A stretch of DNA of 60,290 nt from Azolla caroliniana (taxonomy: Eukaryota; Plantae; Polypodiophyta), in the NCBI GenBank assembly GCA_043228905.1, contig JBHGNT010000176.1:1-60290 (forward strand). Direction: 5' to 3'. Below the pieces are notes generated by a model. The model was not told the origin of the DNA. It was given only the letters and a program-made list of their open reading frames with translations, and ran no database searches. Shown piece after piece: positions 42,701-54,800 of this stretch. The position numbers were made by a program, and so were the translations under genes. The first letter of the stretch is position 1; the number at the start of each line of letters is the position of its first letter.

Positions 42701-43880
42701 CCTCAAATTTGGTATTTTCGTCATGTCTCTCGACCTGAGTTTCAAAATCTTGATTTTCTAATTCCATATCATAGCTAGCGTTGTTAGGTTCGATTCGCAT
42801 GTTTGAACACAAAAATCCGATATCACACGAGCCAGGTATGAACATTTTAATTTACTCAAGGGCTTCTCTCAACTCACTCCTCAAATTTGGTAATCTCATC
42901 ATGTCTCTCGACCTGAGTTTCAAAATCTTGATTTTTTAATTCCATATCATAGCTAGCGTTGTTAGCTTCGATTCGCATGTTTGAACACAAAAATCCGATA
43001 TCACACGAGCCAGGTATGAACATTTTAATTTACTCAAGGGCTTCTCTCAACTCACTCCTCAAATTTGGTAATCTCATCATGTCTCTCGACCTGAGTTTCA
43101 AAATCTTGATTTTTTAATTTCATATGATAGCTAGCGTTGTTAGCTTCGATTCGCATGTTTGAACACAAAAATCCGATATCACACGAGCCAGGTATGAACA
43201 TTTTAATTTACTCAAGGGTTTCTCTCAACTCAGTCCTCAAATTTGGTAATCTCATCATGTCTCTCGACCTGAGTTTCAAAATCTTGATTTTTTAATTCCA
43301 TATCATAGCTAGCGTTGTTAGCTTCGATTCGCATGTTTGAACACAAAAATCCGATATCACACGAGCCAGATATGAACATTTTGATTTACCTCATAGCTCT
43401 TCTCAACTCACTCCTCAAATTTGGTATTTTCGTCATGTCTCTCGACCTGAGTTTCAAAATCTTGATTTTCTAATTTCATATGATAGCTAGTGTTGTTAGC
43501 TTCGATTCGCATGTTTGAACACAAAAATCCGATATCACACGAGCCAGGTATGAACATTTTAATTTACTCAAGGGTTTCTCTCAACTCACTCCTCAAATTT
43601 GGTAATCTCATCATGTCTCTCGACCTGAGTTTCAAAATCTTGATTTTTTAATTCCATATCATAGCTAGCGTTGTTAGCTTCGATTCGCATGTTTGAACAC
43701 AAAAATCCGATATCACACGAGCCAGGTATGAACATTTTGATTTACCTCATAGCTCTTCTCAACTCACTCCTCAAATTTGGTAATTTCGTCATGGCTCTCG
43801 ACCTGAGTTTCAAAATCTTGATTTTTTAATTCTATATCATAGCTAGCGTTGTTAGCTTCGATTCGCATGTTTGAACACAA
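36762..43880. repeat. Higher-order repeat domain of 7- and 8-monomer units
   Basis: A marker monomer carrying GAGCCAGATATG occurs at 36777, 38201, 39447, 40693, 41939 and 43363 (spacings 1424, 1246, 1246, 1246, 1424). It also occurs at 32861. Confidence 0.85.
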
Positions 43881-45879
43881 AAATCCGATATCACACGAGG
43901 CAGGTATGAACATTTTAATTTACTCAAGGGCTTCTCTCAACTCAGTCCTCAAATTTGGTAATCTCATCATGTCTCTCGACCTGAGTTTCAAAATCTTGAT
44001 TTTTTAATTCCATATCATAGCTAGCGTTGTTAGCTTCGATTCGCATGTTTGAACACAAAAATCCGATATCACACGAGCCAGGTATGAACATTTTAATTTA
44101 CTCAAGGGCTTCTCTCAACTCACTCCTCAAATTTGGTAATTTCGTCATGTCTCGCGACCTGAGTTTCAAAATCTTGATTTTCGAATTCCATATCATAGCT
44201 AGCGTTGTTAGCTTCGATTCGCATGTTTGAACACAAAAATCCGATATCACACGAGCCAGGTATGAACATTTTAATTTACTCAAGGGCTTCTCTCAACTCA
44301 CTCCTCAAATTTGGTAATCTCATCATGTCTCGCGACCTGAGTTTGAAAATATTGATTTTTTAATTCCATATCATAGCTAGCGTTGTTAGCTTCGATTCGC
44401 ACGTTTGAACACAAAAATCCGATATCACACGAGCCAGGTATGAACATTTTAATTTACTCAAGGGCTTCTCTCAACTCACTCCTCAAATTTGGTAATCTGA
44501 TCATGTCTCTCGACCTGAGTTTCAAAATCTTGATTTTTTAATTCCATATCATAGTTAGCGTTGTTAGCTTCGATTCGCATGTTTGAACACAAAAATCCGA
44601 TATCACACGAGCCAGGTATGAACATTTTAATTTAAGTCATAGCTCTTCTTAACTCACTCCTCAAATTTGGTATTTTCGTCATGTCTCTCGACCTGAGTTT
44701 CAAAATCTTGATTTTCTAATTCCATATCATAGCTAGCGTTGTTAGCTTCGATTCGCACGTTTGAACACAAAAATCCGATATCACACGAGCCAGGTATGAA
44801 CATTTTAATTTACTCAAGGGCTTCTCTCAACTCAGTCCTCAAATTTGGTAATCTCATCATGTCTCTCGACCTGAGTTTCAAAATCTTGATTTTTTAATTC
44901 CATATCATAGCTAGCGTTGTTAGCTTCGATTCGCATGTTTGAACACAAAAATCCGATATCACACGAGCCAGGTATGAACATTTTAATTTACTCAAGGGCT
45001 TCTCTCAACTCACTCCTCAAATTTGGTAATCTCATCATGTCTCTCGACCTGAGTTTCAAAATCTTGTATTTTTAATTCCATATCATAGATAGCGTTGTTA
45101 GCTTCGATTCGCATGTTTGAACACAAAAATCCGATATCACACGAGCCAGGTATGAACATTTTAATTTACTCAAGGGCTTCTCTCAACTCACTCCTAAAAT
45201 TTGGTAATCTCGTCATGTCTCGCGACCTGAGTTTGAAAATATTGATTTTTTAATTCCATATCATAGCTAGTGTTGTTAGCTTCGATTCGCATGTTTGAAC
45301 ACAAAAATCCGATATCACACGAGCTAGGTATGAACATTTTAATTTACTCAAGGGTTTCTCTCAACTCACTCCTCAAATTTGGTAATCTCATCATGTCTCT
45401 CGACCTGAGTTTCAATATCTTGATTTTTTAATTCCATATCATAGCTAGCGTTGTTAGCTTCGATTCGCATGTTTGAACACAAAAATCCGATATCACACGA
45501 GCCAGGTATGAAAATTTTAATTTAATCAAGGGCATCTCTCAACTCACTCCTCAAATTTGGTAATCTCATCATGTCTCTCGAGGGTTGTTTCAAAATCTTG
45601 ATTTTTTAATTCCATATCATAGCTAGCGTTGTTAGCTTCGATTCGCATGTTTGAACACAAAAATCCGATATCACACGAGCCAGGTATGAACATTTTAATT
45701 TAACTCATAGCTCTTCTTAACTCACTCCTCAAATTTGGTATTTTCGTCATGTCTCTCGACCTGAGTTTCAAAATCTTGATTTTCTAATTCCATATCATAG
45801 CTAGCGTTGTTAGGTTCGATTCGCATGTTTGAACACAAAAATCCGATATCACACGAGCCAGGAATGAACATTTTAATTT

Positions 45880-48800
45880 ACTCAAGGGCTCCTCTCAACT
45901 CCCTCCTCAAATTTGGTAATTTCGTCATGTCTCTCGACTTGTGTTTCAAAATCTTGATTTTTTAATTCCAAATCATAGCTAGCGTTGTTAGCTTCGATTC
46001 ACATGTTTGAACACAAAAATCCGATATCACACGAGCCAGGTATGAACATTTTGATTTACCTCATAGCTCTTCTCAACTCGCTCCTCAAATTTGGTAATTT
46101 CATCATGTCTCTCGACCTAAGTCTAAAAATCTTGATTTTTTTATTTCATATCATAGCCAGCGTTGTTAGCTTCGATTCGCATGTTTGAACACAAAAATCC
46201 GATATCACACGAGCCAGGTATGAACATTTTAATTTACTCAAGGGCTCCTCTCAACGCCCTCCTCATGTTTGCTAATTTCGTCATGTCTCTCGACCTGAGT
46301 TTCAAAATCTTGATTTTTTAATTCTATATAATAGCTAGCGTCGTTAGCTTCGATTCGCATGTTTGAACACAAAAATCCGATATCACACGAGCCAGGTATG
46401 AACATGTTAATTTACTCACGGGGTCTTCTCAACTCCTTCCTCAAATTTGCTAATTTCTTCATGTCTCTCGACCTGTGTTTTAAAATCTTGATTTTTTAAT
46501 TCCATATCATAGCTAGCGTTGTTAGCTTCGATTCGCATGTTTGAACACAAAAATCCGATATCACACGAGGCAGGTATGAACATTTTAATTTACCTACTAG
46601 CTCTTCTCAACTCCCTCCTGAAATTTGGTAATTTCGTCACGTCTCTCGACTTGAGTCTAAAAATCTTGATTTTTTTATTTCATATCATAGCTAGCGTTGT
46701 TAGCTTCGATTCGCATGTTTGAACACAAAAATCCGATATCACACGAGCCAGGTATGAACATTTTAATTTACATACTAGCTCTTCTCAACTCACTCCTCAA
46801 ATTTGGTAATCTCATCATGTCTCGCGACCTGAGTTTCAAAATCTTGATTTTTTAATTACATATCATAGCTAGCGTTGTTAGCTTCGATTCGCATGTTTGA
46901 ACACAAAAATCCGATATCACACGAGCCAGGTATGAACATTTTAATTTACTCAAGGGCTTCTCTCAACTCACTCCTAAAATTTGGTAATCTCGTCATGTCT
47001 CGCGACCTGAGTTTGAAAATATTGATTTTTTAATTCCATATCATAGCTAGCGTTGTTAGCTTCGATTCGCATGTTTGAACACAAAAATCCGATATCACAC
47101 GAGCTAGGTATGAACATTTTAATTTACTCAAGGGTTTCTCTCAACTCACTCCTCAAATTTGGTAATCTCATCATGTCTCTCGACCTGAGTTTCAATATCT
47201 TGATTTTTTAAATCCGATATCACACGAGCCAGGTATGAACATGTTAATTTACTCACGGGGTCTTCTCAACTCCTTCCTCAAATTTGCTAATTTCTTCATG
47301 TCTCTCGACCTGTGTTTTAAAATCTTGATTTTTTAATTCCATATCATAGCTAGCGTTGTTAGCTTCGATTCGCATGTTTGAACACAAAAATCCGATATCA
47401 CACGAGGCAGGTATGAACATTTTAATTTACCTACTAGCTCTTCTCAACTCCCTCCTGAAATTTGGTAATTTCGTCACGTCTCTCGACTTGAGTCTAAAAA
47501 TCTTGATTTTTTTATTTCATATCATAGCTAGCGTTGTTAGCTTCGATTCGCATGTTTGAACACAAAAATCCGATATCACACGAGCCAGGTATGAACATTT
47601 TAATTTACATAGTAGCTCTTCTCAACTCACTCCTCAAATTTGGTAATCTCATCATGTCTCGCGACCTGAGTTTCAAAATCTTGATTTTTTAATTACATAT
47701 CATAGCTAGCGTTGTTAGCTTCGATTCGCATGTTTGAACACAAAAATCCGATATCACACGAGCCAGGTATGAACATTTTAATTTACTCAAGGGCTTCTCT
47801 CAACTCACTCCTAAAATTTGGTAATCTCGTCATGTCTCGCGACCTGAGTTTGAAAATATTGATTTTTTAATTCCATATCATAGCTAGCGTTGTTAGCTTC
47901 GATTCGCATGTTTGAACACAAAAATCCGATATCACACGAGCTAGGTATGAACATTTTAATTTACTCAAGGGTTTCTCTCAACTCACTGCTCAAATTTGGT
48001 AATCTGATCATGTCTCTCGACCTGAGTTTCAAAATCTTGATTTTTTAATTCCATATGATAGCTAGCGTTGTTAGCTTCGATTCGCATGTTTGAACACAAA
48101 AATCCGATATCACACGAGCCAGGTATGAACATTTTGATTTACCTCATAGCTCTTCTCAACTCGCTCCTCAAATTTGGTAATTTCATCATGTCTCTCGACC
48201 TAAGTCTAAAAATCTTGATTTTTTTATTTCATATCATAGCCAGCGTTGTTAGCTTCGATTCGCATGTTTGAACACAAAAATCCGATATCACACGAGCCAG
48301 GTATGAACATTTTAATTTACTCAAGGGCTCCTCTCAACGCCCTCCTCATGTTTGCTAATTTCGTCATGTCTCTCGACCTGAGTTTCAAAATCTTGATTTT
48401 TTAATTCTATATAATAGCTAGCGTCGTTAGCTTCGATTCGCATGTTTGAACACAAAAATCCGATATCACACGAGCCAGGTATGAACATGTTAATTTACTC
48501 ACGGGGTCTTCTCAACTCCTTCCTCAAATTTGCTAATTTCTTCATGTCTCTCGACCTGTGTTTTAAAATCTTGATTTTTTAATTCCATATCATAGCTAGC
48601 GTTGTTAGCTTCGATTCGCATGTTTGAACACAAAAATCCGATATCACACGAGGCAGGTATGAACATTTTAATTTACCTACTAGCTCTTCTCAACTCCCTC
48701 CTGAAATTTGGTAATTTCGTCACGTCTCTCGACTTGAGTCTAAAAATCTTGATTTTTTTATTTCATATCATAGCTAGCGTTATTAGCTTCGATTCGCATG

Positions 48801-51800
48801 TTTGAACACAAAAATCCGATATCACACGAGCCAGGTATGAACATTTTAATTTACATACTAGCTCTTCTCAACTCACTCCTCAAATTTGGTAATCTCATCA
48901 TGTCTCGCGACCTGAGTTTCAAAATCTTGATTTTTTAATTACATATCATAGCTAGCGTTGTTAGCTTCGATTCGCATGTTTGAACACAAAAATCCGATAT
49001 CACACGAGCCAGGTATGAACATTTTAATTTACTCAAGGGCTTCTCTCAACTCACTCCTAAAATTTGGTAATCTCGTCATGTCTCGCGACCTGAGTTTGAA
49101 AATATTGATTTTTTAATTCCATATCATAGCTAGCGTTGTTAGCTTCGATTCGCATGTTTGAACACAAAAATCCGATATCACACGAGCTAGGTATGAACAT
49201 TTTAATTTACTCAAGGGTTTCTCTCAACTCACTCCTCAAATTTGGTAATCTCATCATGTCTCTCGACCTGAGTTTCAATATCTTGATTTTTTAATTCCAT
49301 ATCATAGCTAGCGTTGTTAGCTTCGATTCGCATGTTTGAACACAAAAATCCGATATCACACGAGCCAGGTATGAAAATTTTAATTTAATCAAGGGCATCT
49401 CTCAACTCACTCCTCAAATTTGGTAATCTCATCATGTCTCTCGAGGGTTGTTTCAAAATCTTGATTTTTTAATTCCATATCATAGCTAGCGTTGTTAGCT
49501 TCGATTCGCATGTTTGAACACAAAAATCCGATATCACACGAGCCAGGTATGAACATTTTAATTTAACTCATAGCTCTTCTTAACTCACTCCTCAAATTTG
49601 GTATTTTCGTCATGTCTCTCGACCTGAGTTTCAAAATCTTGATTTTCTAATTCCATATCATAGCTAGCGTTGTTAGGTTCGATTCGCATGTTTGAACACA
49701 AAAATCCGATATCACACGAGCCAGGAATGAACATTTTAATTTACTCAAGGGCTTCTCTCAATTCACTCCTCAAATTTGGTAATCTTATCATGTCTCGCGA
49801 CCTGAGTTTCAAAATCTTGATTTTTTAATTACATATCATAGCTAGCGTTGTTAGCTTCGATTCGCATGTTTGAACACAAAAATCCGATATCACACGAGCC
49901 AGGTATGAACATTTTAATTTACTCAAGGGCTTCTCTCAACTCACTCCTCAAATTTGGTAATCTCATCATGTCTCTCGACCTGAGTTTCAAAATCTTGATT
50001 TTTAATTCCATATCATAGCTGGCGTTGTTAGCTTCGATTCGCATGTTTGAACACAAAAATCCGATATCACACGAGCCAGGTATGAGCATTTTAATTTACT
50101 CAAGGGTTTCTCTCAACTCACTCCTCAAATTTGGTAATCTCATCATGTCTCTCGACCTGAGTTTCAAAATCTTGATTTTTTAATTTCATATGATAGCTAG
50201 CGTTGTTAGGTTCGATTCGCATGTTTGAACACAAAAATCCGATATCACACGAGCCAGGTATGAACATTTTAATTTACTCAAGGGTTTCTCTCAACTCACT
50301 GCTCAAATTTGGTAATCTGATCATGTCTCTCGACCTGAGTTTCAAAATCTTGATTTTTTAATTCCATATGATAGCTAGCGTTGTTAGCTTCGATTCGCAT
50401 GTTTGAACACAAAAATCCGATATCACACGAGCCAGGTATGAACATTTTGATTTACCTCATAGCTCTTCTCAACTCGCTCCTCAAATTTGGTAATTTCATC
50501 ATGTCTCTCGACCTAAGTCTAAAAATCTTGATTTTTTTATTTCATATCATAGCCAGCGTTGTTAGCTTCGATTCGCATGTTTGAACACAAAAATCCGATA
50601 TCACACGAGCCAGGTATGAACATTTTAATTTACTCAAGGGCTCCTCTCAACGCCCTCCTCATGTTTGCTAATTTCGTCATGTCTCTCGACCTGAGTTTCA
50701 AAATCTTGATTTTTTAATTCTATATAATAGCTAGGGTCGTTAGCTTCGATTCGCATGTTTGAACACAAAAATCCGATATCACACGAGCCAGGTATGAACA
50801 TGTTAATTTACTCACGGGGTCTTCTCAACTCCTTCCTCAAATTTGCTAATTTCTTCATGTCTCTCGACCTGTGTTTTAAAATCTTGATTTTTTAATTCCA
50901 TATCATAGCTAGCGTTGTTAGCTTCGATTCGCATGTTTGAACACAAAAATCCGATATCACACGAGGCAGGTATGAACATTTTAATTTACCTACTAGCTCT
51001 TCTCAACTCCCTCCTGAAATTTGGTAATTTCGTCACGTCTCTCGACTTGAGTCTAAAAATCTTGATTTTTTTATTTCATATCATAGCTAGCGTTGTTAGC
51101 TTCGATTCGCATGTTTGAACACAAAAATCCAATATCACACGAGCCAGGTATGAACATTTTAATTTACATACTAGCTCTTCTCAACTCACTCCTCAAATTT
51201 GGTAATTTCGTCATGTCTCTCGACTTGAGTTTGAAAATCTTGATTTTTTTATTTCATATCATAGCTAGCGTTGTTAGCTTCGATTCGCATGTTTGAACAC
51301 AAAAATCCGATATCACACGAGCCAGGTATGCACATTTTAATTTACTGACGCGCTCTTCTCAACTCCTTCCTCAAATTTGCTAATTTTAATTTACTCAAGG
51401 GCTCCTCTCAACTCCCTCCTCATGTTTGCTATTTTCGTCATGTCTCTCGACCTGAGTTTCAAAATCTTGATTTTTTTATTTCATATCATAGCTAGCGTTG
51501 TTAGCTTCGATTCGCATGTTTGAACACAAAAATCCGATATCACACGAGCCAGGTATGAACATTTTAATTTAATCAAGGGCTCCTCTCAATTCCCTCGTCA
51601 TGTTTGCTATTTTCGTCATGTCTCTCGACCTGAGTTTCAAAATCTTGATTTTTTAATTCTATATCATAGCTAGCGTTGTTAGCTTCGATTCGCATGTTTG
51701 AATACAAAAATCGGATGTCACACGAGCCAGGTATGAACATGTTAATTTACTCACGGGGTCGTCTCAACTCGTTCCTCAAATTTGCTAGCGTTGCTCACGG

Positions 51801-54800
51801 GGTCTTCTCAACTCTTTCCTCAAATTTGCTAATTTCTTCATGTCTCTCGACCTGTGTTTCAAATTCTTGATTTTTTTATTCCATATCATAGCTAGCGTTG
51901 TTAGCTTCGATTCGCATGTTTGAACACAAAAATCCTATATCACACGAGCCAGGTATGAACATTTTAATTTACTCAAGGGCTCCTCTCAACTCCCTCCTCA
52001 TGTTTGCTAATTTCGTCATTTCTCTCGACCTGAGTTTCAAAATCTTGATTTTTTAATTCTATATCATAGCTAGCGTTGTTAGCTTCGATTCGCATGTTTG
52101 AACACAAAAATCCGATATCACACGAGCCAGGTATGAACATTTTAATTTACTCAAGGGCTCCTCTCAACTCTCTCCTCATGTTTGCTATTTTCGTCATGTC
52201 CCTCGACCAGAGTTTCAAAATCTTGATTTTTTAATTCTATATCATAGCTAGTGTTGTTAGCTTCGATTCGCATGTTTGAACACAAAAATCCGATATCACA
52301 CGAGCCAGGTATAAACATGTTAATTTACTCACGGCGTCTTCTCAACTCCTTCCTCAAATTTGCTAATTTCTTCATGTCTCTCGACCTGTGTTTTAAAATC
52401 TTGATTTTTTAATTCCATATCATAGCTAGCGTTGTTAGCTTCGATTCGCATGTTTGAACACAAAAATCGGATATCACACGAGCCAGGTATGAACATTTTA
52501 ATTTACTCAAGGGCTCCTCTCAACTCCCTCCTCAAATTTGGTAATTTCGTCATGTCTCTCGACTTGTGTTTCAAAATCTTGATTTTTTAATTCCAAATCA
52601 TAGCTAGCGTTGTTAGCTTCGATTCACATGTTTGAAGACAAAAATCCGATATCACACGAGCCAGGTATGAACATTTTCATTTACCCACTAGCTCTTCTCA
52701 ACTGAATGCTCAAATTTGGTAATTTCATCATGTCTCTCGACCTGAGTTTCAAAATCTTGATTTTTGAATTCCATATCATAGCTAGCATTCTTAGCTTCGA
52801 TTCGCATGTTTGAACACAAAAATCCGATATCACACGAGCCAGGTATGAACATTTTAATTTACCCACTAGCTCTTCTCAACTCGCTCCTCAAATTTGGTAA
52901 TTTCATCATGTCCCTCGACCTAAGTTTAAAAATCTTGATTTTTTTATTTCATATCATAGCCAGCGTTGTTAGCTTCGATTCGCATGTTTGAACACAAAAA
53001 TCCGATATCACACGAGCCAGGTATGAACATTTTCATTTACCCACTAGCTCTTCTCAACTCCCTCCTCAAATTTGGTAATTTTGTCATGTCTCTCGACCTG
53101 TGTTTCAAAATCTGGATTTTCTAACTCCATATCATAGCTAGCGTTGTTAGCTTCGATTCGCATGTTTGAACACAGAAATCCGATATCACACGAGCCAGAT
53201 ATGAACATTTTAATTTACTCACAGGGTCTTCTCAACTCCTTCCTCAAATTTGCTAATTTCTTCATGTCTCTCGACCTGAGTTTCAAAATCTTGATTTTTT
53301 AATTCTATATCCGATATCACACGAGCCAGTTTCATGTTTACTAATTTCGTCATGTCTCTCGACCTGTGTTTCAAAATCTTGATTTTTTTATTTCACATCA
53401 GAGCTAGCGTTGTTAGCTTCGATTCGCATGTTTGAACACAAAAATCCGATATCACACGAGCCAGGTATGAACATTTTCATTTACTCACGGGGTCTTCTCA
53501 ACTCCTTCCTCAAATTTGCTAATTTCTTCATGTCTCTCGACCTGTGTTTTAAAATCTTGATTTTTTAATTCCATATCATAGCTAGCGTTGTTAGGTTCGA
53601 TTCGCATGTTTGAACACAAAAATCCGATATCACACGAGCCAGGTATGAACATTTTAATTTACTCAAGAGCTCCTCTCAACTCCCTCCTCAAAATTGGTAA
53701 TTTCGTCATGTCTCTCGACCTGTGTTTCAAAATCTTGATTTTTTAATTCCATATCATAGCTAGCGTTGTTAGGTTCGATTCGCATGTTTGAACACAAAAA
53801 TCGGATATCACACGAGCCAGGTATGAACATCTTAATTTACTCAAGGGCTCCTCTCAACTCCCTCCTCATGTTTGCTATTTTCGTCATGTCTCTCGACCTG
53901 AGTTTCAAAATCTTGATTTTTTTATTTCATATCATAGCTAGCGTTGTTAGCTTCGATTCGCATGTTTGAACACAAAAATCGGATATCACACGAGCCAGGT
54001 ATGAACATTTTAATTTACTCAAGGGCTCCTCTCAACTCCCTCCTCATGTTTGCTAATTTCGTCATGTCTCTCGACCTGAGTTTTAAAATCTTGATTTTTT
54101 AATTCCATATCATAGCTAGCATTGTTAGCTTCGATTCGCATGTTTGAACATAAAAATCCGATATCACACGAGGCAGGTATGAACATTTTAATTTACCTAC
54201 TAGCTCTTCTCAACTCCCTCCTGAAATTTGGTAATTTCGTCACGTCTCTCGACTTGAGTTTAAAAATCTTGATTTTTTTATTTCATATCATAGCTAGCGT
54301 TGTTAGCTTCGATTCGCATGTTTGAACACAAAAATCCGATATCACACGAGCCAGGTATGAACATTTTAATTTACATACTAGCTCTTCTCAACTCACTCCT
54401 CAAATTTGGTAATTTCGTCATGTCTCTCGACTTGAGTTTGAAAATCTTGATTTTTTTATTTCATATCATAGCTAGCGTTGTTAGCTTCGATTCGCATGTT
54501 TGAACACAAAAATCCGATATCACACGAGCCAGGTATGCACATTTTAATTTACTGACGCGCTCTTCTCAACTCCTTCCTCAAATTTGCTAATTTTAATTTA
54601 CTCAAGGGCTCCTCTCAACTCCCTCCTCATGTTTGCTATTTTCGTCATGTCTCTCGACCTGAGTTTCAAAATCTTGATTTTTTTATTTCATATCATAGCT
54701 AGCGTTGTTAGCTTCGATTCGCATGTTTGAACACAAAAATCCGATATCACACGAGCCAGGTATGAACATTTTAATTTAACTCATAGCTCTTCTTAACTCA

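Noticed and set aside
50730-50740. TAGGGT as another telomeric patch
   Set aside because: It is a single C>G change from CTAGCGTCGT, seen in sister copies near 46336 and 48418.
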